DNA from: Barthelona sp. PAP020
Lineage: Eukaryota
DNA length: 44,089 bases
Direction of reading: 5' to 3'
NCBI GenBank assembly: GCA_040182905.1
Contig: JARQWU010000059.1
Coordinates: 1-44,089, forward strand
A program made the translations under genes and the position numbers. The notes under the pieces were generated by a model. The model saw only the letters and a list, made by a program, of their open reading frames with translations. It did not search any database and was not told where the DNA came from. Shown here piece by piece: positions 11,001 through 19,118 of the stretch. Position 1 is the first letter of the stretch; every line of letters begins with the position of its first letter.

Positions 11001-14000
11001 TCATTAATTGACGGCATATTAAGATCATCCAAAAATAAGAACAATTTTTTTCCACCTTTAGGACCATACTGAGTACCTAAACGTTTTTCTAAAGTAGATT
11101 CAATGGTTCTTTGAAGAATCTCAGGTGTTGTGAAAAAGGAAAAGTTAAGTGTCTTAGAATCAAAGGTTTCATCAGCTTTGATACCAGCCTTGATATAATT
11201 CTTCATTGTAACTGATTTTGCAGTACCAGGTTCACCAATTAATAAAATAGGATTTTGTTGAGAAACACATATATCAATCAATTTTTCGGTTCTGATAGAA
11301 TCAACAGTTGGTACCAAAATGTCATTGAAATCTGGGGTTGTGTCCATAGGGAAAGTGTACAAGGGAACTTGATCCTCCCAACTAATCCAATGTCCACTTC
11401 TATCAGAAATCCAATAATCAAAAATAGTTTCATCTTTTTCAACATTTGGCAAGTTCAAATTAAGGGTTCTAAGATGTGCCCCAAATTTAGCTCGATCTTC
11501 TTTTTCAAGCAATGCACCAATAGACCATGTCAAAGACACAACAAAGATTCTTTCAAGAATGGAAACATAATCGTTATTTTCCAAATGCTTTTTGAAAGCT
11601 GGAAGGAAATATCCCAGAAGATTCAACAATTGTGTGACATATTGAGGTTCATACACTTTCATGACAGGAGACAACTCAACTTTTAAATATTGCAATATAT
11701 GAGGAATATTATCATTGATTAAGGCAGAAAGAGAGTTCATAACTTTTTTCTCAGCCAAATGAGTAGAGCTATTCAACCAAGATTCTAGAATAGGCTCCCA
11801 ACCCAAATCAATATGATCAATGTAAACCATACCACAACGAGAAACAGTTGCTGGAGAAGCATTTTCCAATGAATGGACTTCAAACATTAAACGCATTGTG
11901 GGCGACATGGCAATACGATCACCATTTGCCAAAGTTAATGTCTTATTATCATCAAGTACAGTATTTAAAGATTCAATCCATAATGTATCAACGGGACCAT
12001 CAAGGACAAGCCAAACATATTCACCTGCTAGTTTCTTTGCAATTTTACGCCAGATTACTGAGAAAATACCATCACGCCAATCACCTGTTTTTGCGTTTAA
12101 CACACCAAACATTTGTTGTGCAGTAAACGATTTGGGATTCATTCTAAACGTATTTGGTTGATATTGTCTTTTTAAAGTGCGCGATTCAACAACACTCATG
12201 GCATGATAAAGAGTTTCAATACATTGCGTCTTACCAGTACCAGTTGGACCAAGAATGAAATTACCATGACGTACATTTTGTGATTCAAATAGTTGAACCA
12301 TTTTTGTTACCCATCTAGGATGCATTACCAAACCATGTTCTTCGGCATATGTAGCCATAGCAGATTCTAAATCATGATAATGCTGTTCTTCAACTTTCTT
12401 TCCTGGGAATAAATCATTTAGAAGTGAGACAAATAAATCAGCATCTTCACCAACAAGTTTGGACAGATTCATGTCTCTAACAACACGAAGGAAAATGTCT
12501 GTTTCACCAGCTTCTCGATTAATACGACGGAAATTACCACATGTACGCAATACAGACAAAATATTTCTCAAACCAAAATCATAATGCCTTTGAGCAGATA
12601 ATTGTTGTTTGCATAAAGAATACAAGAGATCAAATTTCTTTGAAAGAACTTCATTGTCTAAGAAACCAGAGGCAGCAAATTTAACACGCATAATAACTCT
12701 TGAATCAGGAACAATCATTGCCACGCTGCGGAATAAAACTTTAAGGTTTTCGGGCAATTCAGTACGACCAGCATAACCAGGGTTCATTGTAATAAAGAAA
12801 CCACAAGTTGGATTCAAAGGAATCACTGAACCATCAGTGAAAGTAAATTGTGATTGCATTGTGCGCATAGCATTTAAAACACAGGCAATTTGTTGAGCGA
12901 CGACAGAAATGACAGGTAAAAGAATTCGATTGAATTCATCAAAATCACCCCAAGCTCCAGACATAGCCAAACCTTTGAAAATCTTTCCCAAACCAGTGAC
13001 AGACATTTCAGGAGATCCATTGAAAACACAGATATATTTTCCCAATGACTTGGCCATATCTTTAACGGTTTCAGTCTTACCAGTACCAGCAGGTCCAGCA
13101 GGGGCACCTCCCAAAAACATACCTAAGGCTTGTGCCAAAGTGATATAACAACGGTCGGTTAATGGAGTAATAACAAGACGTGAACCAGCACCCAAATACT
13201 CGTATCCATATTCAAAATCAACATCAGTAATGGAAATAATACAAGTATCTCTGTCCAATCTCCAATAGTATCTCGATTGTTTTAACCAATCAAAATCATA
13301 AGCAGAGCGAACCCTGCGTCTGTATAAATCATCACATATATCACGTTGATGAACTTGAATGGTGACCAATGTTTCCACGTTTTGTCTATCTCTAGCGGTA
13401 GGTAAATCTTCAGTGGTAAGTTGAATAAGATCTTTCATAATCTTATTAACCTTCTTCGTGGTTGCCTGCATAGCGTTTTGATTATTGCGTGATTTCTTTA
13501 AACCATCTTCAACTTGAGAAGTCCATAAGATTTGCAAACCCAATAAAACAACTTGAGCAGGATATTTAACAATAAATTGACGTAAATTAATGTTTTCTCC
13601 TGCTTGTAATGCTTCCTGAATTTCAAAAGCAGCCATTCTCGAAATACCTCTTAAAGAGTCAGAAATGGAATTCAACAAATTGATTAACCAGGTTTCAATG
13701 TTACCACTTGCCAACACAGGTGATATTGGACACTTTTCCTCTTCAATAGATTCAATCCCAACAATTTCATTGGGTCTGTTTTTGTTAAAGACAACCTTGT
13801 TAACACCTTCAGTTATTGACTTGAGATGTGATTGGATGTTATTTGGATCTGATGCTTGACCTAAAATTTCCAAAAGTTGTGTATCAAACACGAAAAAGAA
13901 ACGAGGGAAAAGATCTCTTTTCTTCTCCAAATAATGATTCAAACTCTTTTGACACAATTCTAATTGCTCAATAAGATGTGGCAATAAATCTTTTAAAGTG

Positions 14001-17000
14001 TCATTAGAACAACAAAGAGAAATAACATTGGGTTCTTGAACAGCAATTGTCATAATTTTTACCCAAGACTTATCAATAGAAGCAAAAATTTTAGCTTCTT
14101 TTGGTAATTGATTCACAATATCACCAGAACTAAAAACAGCTTCTAAATATGCCCATAAAAATTGAACAGATAACCATTGATCAATTCTTTCAGAACATGT
14201 TGATAATTGATGTAATAATTTGGTAATTTCTTCGGCAAAAGGTTCTTTATAACGTGATGCTATCAAAGAAGATAAGGTCAATTGAGAATCTTCCAAATTT
14301 GCAACTAACTCAGTTGTTTGAGAAGGTTGTAACATGAGAAGTCCTCTATTCTTATAATTTTGGAAAATGAATATTTGATCCTTCCATTGTTCACGATTAA
14401 AGGCTAATTTCTCTTCAATTTCCGCTTCCTTAACAGCAGCATTGCAAATATCTTCCAGGTCATCCTTTTTGGTCAACAAAGGAATAGCCAAAAGATCGCC
14501 TAATTTCAAATCTTCCGATTGCCATTGAATAGTAGCATCGTATAGTTTTTCAATAGCATCCCAATGACGTTTACGCATTGCAGGATGACCTAAAGCTTGT
14601 AAAAGAGGTAAAGTATCATAGAATGAATCAATTTTCTCTTTCAATTGAATATATGCAGGCCAAGTTCTCATATCAGAAGGAAGTTTACGATTCTTTTGTT
14701 GGAAATCACTCAATTGATAAGCGATTTCATCTAAATCTTTATTTTGCCATAAAATTTCGGAATATCCATCAATTGTAACCATAACTTCTGTATGTAATGA
14801 ATAAAGATTATCTAATAATCTTAATTGCTTTTTAACAGTGTTCAATTTGGGATATTCTGTTGTTGGTAAATTAAAGAGCACTTCACCAACATTAAAAGTA
14901 GCACAACGCCTTTCTTTATCTTGATACATAGTCTTGAAAGTTTTTAACCTTTCCATTGCAGTTTCAGGTGATATATCAGCAACCATTGGACCATTCTTTT
15001 GATAATTTTCCAAATATTCATTTACATCAATGGTCAATTGAGCAACAGAAGAAATTAAGGTTCGTTTCATATTTTTTTGATTGCTTGTTAAAAACATTGT
15101 CACGTAACGAATATTCTTTCTCAAAGCGACGAATAAATGATTCAAATTCTCAAAATCATCAGCAATATCACTCTTAGATACTGCGATATTCTTATCAAAA
15201 ATATGTTCAATTGCACTTAAAAACCCGACTTTAACTGGAATTTCATCAAATCTAGGGAAATTGCATTGATTTAGCAAAGTATCAAATGCTTCATTTAAAG
15301 GAATCAATCTAAACTCATATTCAGACTCCAAAATTCTCAAATCTTGAATCAATTCCATAACATTTTTTAGCTTTTCCAAATCAATATCAGAGGTGTTTTC
15401 ATTTGAGGTCTTCAAAAAGTCAGTTAATTGATCAGAAGAATTGATTAATCTTTCACGTAATTCTCCAATACCCTTATATGAAGATTCAAAAATAAAATCT
15501 AAAAAGAATTTCTTTCTCATATTGATTAAAAACAGTAGTTGTTCTTTAAATAATCTTAAGTCAAACTTAATCAATTCTTTGTTGATATGCTGAATATCTG
15601 CCATATGAGTAATATCATCAATCATCTGGTTACATTCATAGATCAATGAACAATAATGTTCATAGTTCAATTCATTGATTTCTTTATCTTTCTTCACTTG
15701 ATTGATCTTATCCTGTGGAGATACAGACCATAACTCAACAAATCTATCAAATTGTTTGAAGAATAGCTTAAAGTTAAGCTCTAAATCATTAATGGTTGAA
15801 TGAGTTGCCAATAATAATTTGAAAAAGGATAAAGTGTTACATATTCTTGGGAATGGACTCATTTCTCTTATTCTTTTCAATAAATCTTGCATAGATTGCA
15901 TAGAATCGTCAGTTTTAGATTCAAGAATATTCTCAAAAGCATTTTCATTTTCATTTTCATCATCATCATAGCTTTGTAATTTTTCTTTTAAACCTTCAAT
16001 TAAAGATTGATCAGTCTTCCAATTGGAAATAAAAATTGTTGAATGAACGGTTTTTTTGATTAATTCAAAAACTGCATTGATTTGATTCGATACTGTAGGA
16101 TTCAAAGATAATTGTTCATTTTCTAATAATAATTCACAATCAAACAATACAGAATCTGAGTCTTTCAATGTATCTTTAAAATAATTCAAAGTTAAACATA
16201 AAGATTCAAGAATAGCACCAAATGTACGTTCACAATAATCATCGAAGAATTTCTCACATAGACTAGCAAATTGTGGAGATTTACTGATGGCATTGGCATT
16301 GGAAAATATTTCAATAATATCATTAACACTATTTTCAATTGTTCTATTCTTTTGTTCAATCATATGAGCTTGATTCTTCAAATTTTCCCGAACAAAATCA
16401 GAAAATTCATCAACTTCAAAAGGTTTTTGAGGAATTTCAAAGAATAACGTGGTTCTTAAATAATTCAAATCAACAGTAATTCGATGATCTATCATTGAAT
16501 TGACACGATTAATTAAAACTTCCAATTGATTAATCTTTTCTAATAATTCAGATATCCATTCATCTGTATTAACACTAGACCACGTTAATGATTGTAATCC
16601 TGGTAATAAATCAGAATCTATTTCTAATATATATGGTTCAACTAATAATTCATAAGAACTCAAAATTTTTGATTGAATATTTAAATAAACTCGTAGAATT
16701 TCTTCCAAACGAATTCTTCGATCAATTAAATTCTTTTCTTCCAATAACACAATTCGAGCATCTTCAGGAATATCAACTCCTAATTTAATGAACCATTTAG
16801 TTTCAAAAATCAATGAATTTAAGTTTTGATTGAAATTAACAATAATACTGCCATCTTCAGTCTTTGTTAATAATGTATCATACATTCCTTTCTTACATTG
16901 AACTAATAATTGTTTAAAACTTTCTTGTAAACCCAATAAATAAAGTTCCATATTATATCTCAACTTGTTTTGCTTTGTTACTATTTCTTTAGCTTCATAA

Positions 17001-18844
17001 GCTAATACTGGAACTTTGTTTAAAATCTTTTCGAAAGGTTGTTCAATTTTTTCCAATAATTGTTTCACCAAACTAACTAATCCAGCTAATGGAGGCATAT
17101 TTCTTGGTAACGAAATATTTTTAGACTTTTTTGCAATATTGTTGAATTTACGTTTGATGTCATCCAACAAATTTCCATAATAATCCAATAATTCGCTAAA
17201 TTTGATCTTTAACGTTTCCCTTAAATTATTCTTCTTTAAAAGATTAGTCAATTGGGTTAACAATTCTAAATAATAAAAGAATTCAAAATTGTTCATTGTC
17301 TTAACATCAAATAAATCATTGATAAAGGCTTTTAATGAATTTTCAAGAGTCAATACATTACCATTAAAGTCTCTAAAATCTTGATCAAACTCATTATTTC
17401 TGAAATCTAATACATCATAAGGCTTTTGCACAACACTTTTAACAATTTTATCAAATTTGCTTACAAAAGGTTCAATCTCTTTTAAATTAACTTTCTTTAA
17501 GCTAGATAACTCATTAATTGTCTCTAAAACATCAATAACTTTTTGCAATCTGTGACAAAACATATCAAAGGATCCAAATATATATGCTTCAGATAAATCA
17601 AATTGTTTGCCTTTTGGTTGCTTTAATAATCGAGTCTTAATATCATGATAGTTATTTTGATAATGTAAATTCACATCAATACAATGCTTTAATTTTTCAA
17701 CCAAAGTTTCATAATTTTGTGACCATATATCTCCATGTTTCTGTTCTTCTTCTTCTTCTTCAATGTAATTCGAAGAACGAATATATTTTTTACAACATGA
17801 AATAATCTGATTTGTAATCTTGACAAATAACGAAGTCAATCGTTCAGAGGTATTATAATATCTGGCAACTGAATGCATCATTGCAATTGCATTTATTAAT
17901 CCAGGAATAGCCTCCTTCATTTGTACAGGATCTTCAGAATATAATGGAGCAGATAACCTTTCAAGAGTATACAAATATTTAACATTATCTTTTGCTTCAT
18001 TTGCTGCATCAATAATTAACAAATCGAAATTCTTCCAATCAGTTAAAATACGACTGCGTGATAATTTCAAAACACCAAGAATTATCTTAACTTCTTTAGA
18101 TTTGAGTTGATCTGTGATTGAATTGAATTTCGCCATTCGCATTTTCCAATATTCTAATTCTGCTGTGGGTCCAAATTCTTCCGTTTCTTTACGAACTTGA
18201 TTTGATTCCACTAATAATGATTGCATCTGATTCATCCAATTTTCAACATACTTCTCAAAATATTTTACAATTTCAGGATTTTGAGAACCACTTTGTAAAC
18301 TGCTAGTAGACAAATCCAACCCAAAGATATCCATGTTCATATTCAATGACACTCCATTTTCAACACATTTTAAATTCTCTTCAAGGTTGAGACTAAACTT
18401 TTCCAAATTTTTTATAAATTGTGATTTTTCAGCAAACTCAATCGATCCCCAATCGGAAGTTACCGAAAAATATGGTATAAAACTATTATTTAATATGTCA
18501 ATAAAATCAACTAAAAAATTTGATGACATCAAACTGACGGAAACTTCTTTAGCAATATTATTAATTTGAATATCACGTTCTGTAACAACTTTCAATAGAT
18601 ACAAAGTTTTTCCATGTGCTATTTGATTTTTGCTTTGAGGTAAAACTAAATTCAAACGATTCATGGATTTTTCATCATCAGAATAACTAAATATCAATGA
18701 CACAGGGCCATCTGCCGTAAAAAATGATTCAATAAATTTAGATTCACCACAATTTCCCAAAAAATCAGTCACAATGGTTTCATCTTCTATACAAAAACGT
18801 GTACCAATGGTTTCAATCAACCATTTCTGCTTTGCATCACTCAT
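5087..18844 (-). CDS. DNAH5: Axonemal outer-arm dynein heavy chain, gamma type (DNAH5/DNAH8, Chlamydomonas ODA2-like), ~4585 aa
   Basis: Four P-loops GPAGTGKT, GPTGTGKT, GEPGTAKS and GVGGSGKQ, plus LVITPLTDRCY, HYDFGLRNILSVLR, LDGPVDTLWIESLNTVLDDNK, a stalk coiled coil and the C-terminal HWIIRGVALL. The N-terminal GPTAELEYWK...YYNTSERLTSLFVKITNQ is typical of the gamma class. The ORF-track start at 19081 is TTG and its first 79 codons look intergenic, so ATG 18844 (MSDAKQKW) is preferred. Confidence 0.95.
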   Translation of the reverse strand: MSDAKQKWLIETIGTRFCIEDETIVTDFLGNCGESKFIESFFTADGPVSLIFSYSDDEKSMNRLNLVLPQSKNQIAHGKTLYLLKVVTERDIQINNIAKEVSVSLMSSNFLVDFIDILNNSFIPYFSVTSDWGSIEFAEKSQFIKNLEKFSLNLEENLKCVENGVSLNMNMDIFGLDLSTSSLQSGSQNPEIVKYFEKYVENWMNQMQSLLVESNQVRKETEEFGPTAELEYWKMRMAKFNSITDQLKSKEVKIILGVLKLSRSRILTDWKNFDLLIIDAANEAKDNVKYLYTLERLSAPLYSEDPVQMKEAIPGLINAIAMMHSVARYYNTSERLTSLFVKITNQIISCCKKYIRSSNYIEEEEEEQKHGDIWSQNYETLVEKLKHCIDVNLHYQNNYHDIKTRLLKQPKGKQFDLSEAYIFGSFDMFCHRLQKVIDVLETINELSSLKKVNLKEIEPFVSKFDKIVKSVVQKPYDVLDFRNNEFDQDFRDFNGNVLTLENSLKAFINDLFDVKTMNNFEFFYYLELLTQLTNLLKKNNLRETLKIKFSELLDYYGNLLDDIKRKFNNIAKKSKNISLPRNMPPLAGLVSLVKQLLEKIEQPFEKILNKVPVLAYEAKEIVTKQNKLRYNMELYLLGLQESFKQLLVQCKKGMYDTLLTKTEDGSIIVNFNQNLNSLIFETKWFIKLGVDIPEDARIVLLEEKNLIDRRIRLEEILRVYLNIQSKILSSYELLVEPYILEIDSDLLPGLQSLTWSSVNTDEWISELLEKINQLEVLINRVNSMIDHRITVDLNYLRTTLFFEIPQKPFEVDEFSDFVRENLKNQAHMIEQKNRTIENSVNDIIEIFSNANAISKSPQFASLCEKFFDDYCERTFGAILESLCLTLNYFKDTLKDSDSVLFDCELLLENEQLSLNPTVSNQINAVFELIKKTVHSTIFISNWKTDQSLIEGLKEKLQSYDDDENENENAFENILESKTDDSMQSMQDLLKRIREMSPFPRICNTLSFFKLLLATHSTINDLELNFKLFFKQFDRFVELWSVSPQDKINQVKKDKEINELNYEHYCSLIYECNQMIDDITHMADIQHINKELIKFDLRLFKEQLLFLINMRKKFFLDFIFESSYKGIGELRERLINSSDQLTDFLKTSNENTSDIDLEKLKNVMELIQDLRILESEYEFRLIPLNEAFDTLLNQCNFPRFDEIPVKVGFLSAIEHIFDKNIAVSKSDIADDFENLNHLFVALRKNIRYVTMFLTSNQKNMKRTLISSVAQLTIDVNEYLENYQKNGPMVADISPETAMERLKTFKTMYQDKERRCATFNVGEVLFNLPTTEYPKLNTVKKQLRLLDNLYSLHTEVMVTIDGYSEILWQNKDLDEIAYQLSDFQQKNRKLPSDMRTWPAYIQLKEKIDSFYDTLPLLQALGHPAMRKRHWDAIEKLYDATIQWQSEDLKLGDLLAIPLLTKKDDLEDICNAAVKEAEIEEKLAFNREQWKDQIFIFQNYKNRGLLMLQPSQTTELVANLEDSQLTLSSLIASRYKEPFAEEITKLLHQLSTCSERIDQWLSVQFLWAYLEAVFSSGDIVNQLPKEAKIFASIDKSWVKIMTIAVQEPNVISLCCSNDTLKDLLPHLIEQLELCQKSLNHYLEKKRDLFPRFFFVFDTQLLEILGQASDPNNIQSHLKSITEGVNKVVFNKNRPNEIVGIESIEEEKCPISPVLASGNIETWLINLLNSISDSLRGISRMAAFEIQEALQAGENINLRQFIVKYPAQVVLLGLQILWTSQVEDGLKKSRNNQNAMQATTKKVNKIMKDLIQLTTEDLPTARDRQNVETLVTIQVHQRDICDDLYRRRVRSAYDFDWLKQSRYYWRLDRDTCIISITDVDFEYGYEYLGAGSRLVITPLTDRCYITLAQALGMFLGGAPAGPAGTGKTETVKDMAKSLGKYICVFNGSPEMSVTGLGKIFKGLAMSGAWGDFDEFNRILLPVISVVAQQIACVLNAMRTMQSQFTFTDGSVIPLNPTCGFFITMNPGYAGRTELPENLKVLFRSVAMIVPDSRVIMRVKFAASGFLDNEVLSKKFDLLYSLCKQQLSAQRHYDFGLRNILSVLRTCGNFRRINREAGETDIFLRVVRDMNLSKLVGEDADLFVSLLNDLFPGKKVEEQHYHDLESAMATYAEEHGLVMHPRWVTKMVQLFESQNVRHGNFILGPTGTGKTQCIETLYHAMSVVESRTLKRQYQPNTFRMNPKSFTAQQMFGVLNAKTGDWRDGIFSVIWRKIAKKLAGEYVWLVLDGPVDTLWIESLNTVLDDNKTLTLANGDRIAMSPTMRLMFEVHSLENASPATVSRCGMVYIDHIDLGWEPILESWLNSSTHLAEKKVMNSLSALINDNIPHILQYLKVELSPVMKVYEPQYVTQLLNLLGYFLPAFKKHLENNDYVSILERIFVVSLTWSIGALLEKEDRAKFGAHLRTLNLNLPNVEKDETIFDYWISDRSGHWISWEDQVPLYTFPMDTTPDFNDILVPTVDSIRTEKLIDICVSQQNPILLIGEPGTAKSVTMKNYIKAGIKADETFDSKTLNFSFFTTPEILQRTIESTLEKRLGTQYGPKGGKKLFLFLDDLNMPSINEWGDQTTNELVRQIVEEKSFYNLDKPGEKKQIIDTLYMGAMQQPGGGRNDIPERLKRHFNIFNITLPTNRSIYKIYNTMICGFFTNSGIRGFTDVVANSASQIFDIIFNIWQSVRTRMLPTPSKFHYVFNLRDLSRVVQGMMKADNRVVTNVFELFALVKHECERVFPDRFINYQDIETYGRIVNDVFSNKIENQNIVGMLSKPINFASFLEEEPEPTGDEEQDKLLESWTPGYLLSDDMQFVRHRLEELMVQHNEMSRKYKLELVLFNDAVQHLVRLTRLLKMPGGHMLLVGVGGSGKQSLTKLASFIVGNVVKQIQISKKYNRQNLLEDLQTFFKIAGLENKGVTFLFTDKEILEESFLEFINNILTTGEIPGLFPRDEMDSIIGELASVYRREFPRSPVSNDDVWNFFMNRIKKNFHVVLCFSPIGETFRLRALKFPGLISGCQVDWFHPWPEQALKEVAQRFIGDFEIDCDQEIKEELIGHMAKLHSSMTDICDQYFQQFRRPVYVTPKSYLSFLQLYKDTYSQKYQEIGALSNRLTTGLDKLNAAGKQVELMSVELKEKNKELAVSKAQTDKMLADVTKQTADAQKVTAQVQSIKDKVAAEAAVIAKEKAEAEEELAAAEPALRSAEAALDQISSGDIAAVKRLLSPPNLIKRIMDAVLILCNRPLVKWQIDPEMREKGQILPKASYDEAIKMMSDTGFLNMLKNFPKEEITDETCELLLPYLEMEDFTVEAASRSSGSMSGLCAWSRAMVEYHVIAKQVDPKIKKLREAEVNMRIASERLAEVEANLAEKQAILDAITAKYEEAVASKKKLEDEAALIQRRMDSATKLIQGLAGERTRWSEQAKEFHQILKSLVGDIALASAFLSYAGPFNTQFRNLLIAHHWRKDLAVRSIPYSNNFNFKTFLTTETQIGEWFIQGLPSDDLSVQNGLITTTTSRYPLMVDPQGQARTWLINKESENNLKITKFSDKHFRHTLEECLSFGYPLLIEDIGSSVDPVLDSILDKQFIKVGNSLKVRVGDKEVDVMKGFYLYMTTSLANPNYSPEIFAKVSVINFTVTLKGLEDQLLTRVIMHEKSELEDKRKALMEEVNKNAKIIENLEKDLVVRLSATEGNLVDDIELIDMLAATKKTSMDVSKQLETSKTNEVKINEAREEFRSIATRGSIIYFLITEMSEVSNMYQTSLNQFLNRFDMSLDNAEQSKMTSQRIENVLKYLTSNLYAYICRGLFGNHKLLFALQLALKIDLEAEIITFSEFSVLIKGGASVDRRHLSDRPYQWLPDYAWLNIVALAQNVGAFSTLIADLGAHNETLWRAFYDMEDPENRLLTEIFGNRLSPFYQLLLVRSIRPDRAMLAAQNYIRDRLGNEFVEPPPLSLESINIESQPNSPIVSLLSLGADPSNDIISLARHSKINITSISMGQGQEVGARAALETCRQNGSWVLLQNCHLSLEFMIEIENEIGTWTEENTMSSFRLWITTEPHPDFPIGLLQQSLKIACEAPLGIKANLQRTFADMNQDTLDSLDKKAWKPMLFTLCFLHSVVQERRKFGPLGFNIPYEFNQSDLTASLTFLQNTLYQTDENKEIPFSTIRYMICEVHYGGRITDNFDRRLMNTYGVTMLNNKVLIPEYEFASGFSIPNMTHISKVREYLDHLPTNDSPEIFGMHQNADITYRTRQADAILDTILAIQPKDSSSSGETPESVGIKTQDRILKNLHADFEPIDVERCLKIRGRARPMIVFLRQEVERVQKLLSAIRSDLTNMKLAIEGIVVMSEHLSDILNSLYDARVPKTWTRLSWESPTLGDWLADVDSRCQQYRSWLDLPKDSKPSAFWLGGFYNPQGFLTAVKQEIARAHQGWALDTLHIVTTVKDYTIESVKNPPEEGVYVHGLFLEGCRWNAIDKKLDESSPKELLSELPVLHISASDQAPHTQSSYDCPVYFTQKRRNHIFNVQLPSSASANHWIIRGVALLLVPK

Positions 18845-19118
18845 AATATTTTTGATGAAATGGTAACACAGAAAATGTTTTTTTTTTAAACTTGAATTTT
18901 TAACTTTTTTTTTTTTGAACATTTCATCATTCTTCAAATGAAAAATGTGGACAAAATAAGTTTCACAAAAAACACTTGGTATAATCTTTACAAAATAACA
19001 TTTAAAAATTAAAAAAAGACTTTTTTTAAGGAATTTACAAAAATGACAGCACACACAAATCAATTTAACAGTATTTTTCAAATAAATAAATGTTTAATCC
19101 ACTTCAAAAGCCAAAAAA

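Noticed and set aside
2916..17000. Many 60-143 aa ORFs nested in or antisense to the coiled-coil and dynein genes (similar ones occur in the later genes)
   Set aside because: Expected shadow ORFs of long coding regions; no independent motifs and mostly non-ATG starts.
18845..19081. 79-aa N-terminal extension of dynein in the ORF track
   Set aside because: It starts at TTG and translates A/T runs (FKKKKVKNSSLKKKHF), so it is best read as intergenic.
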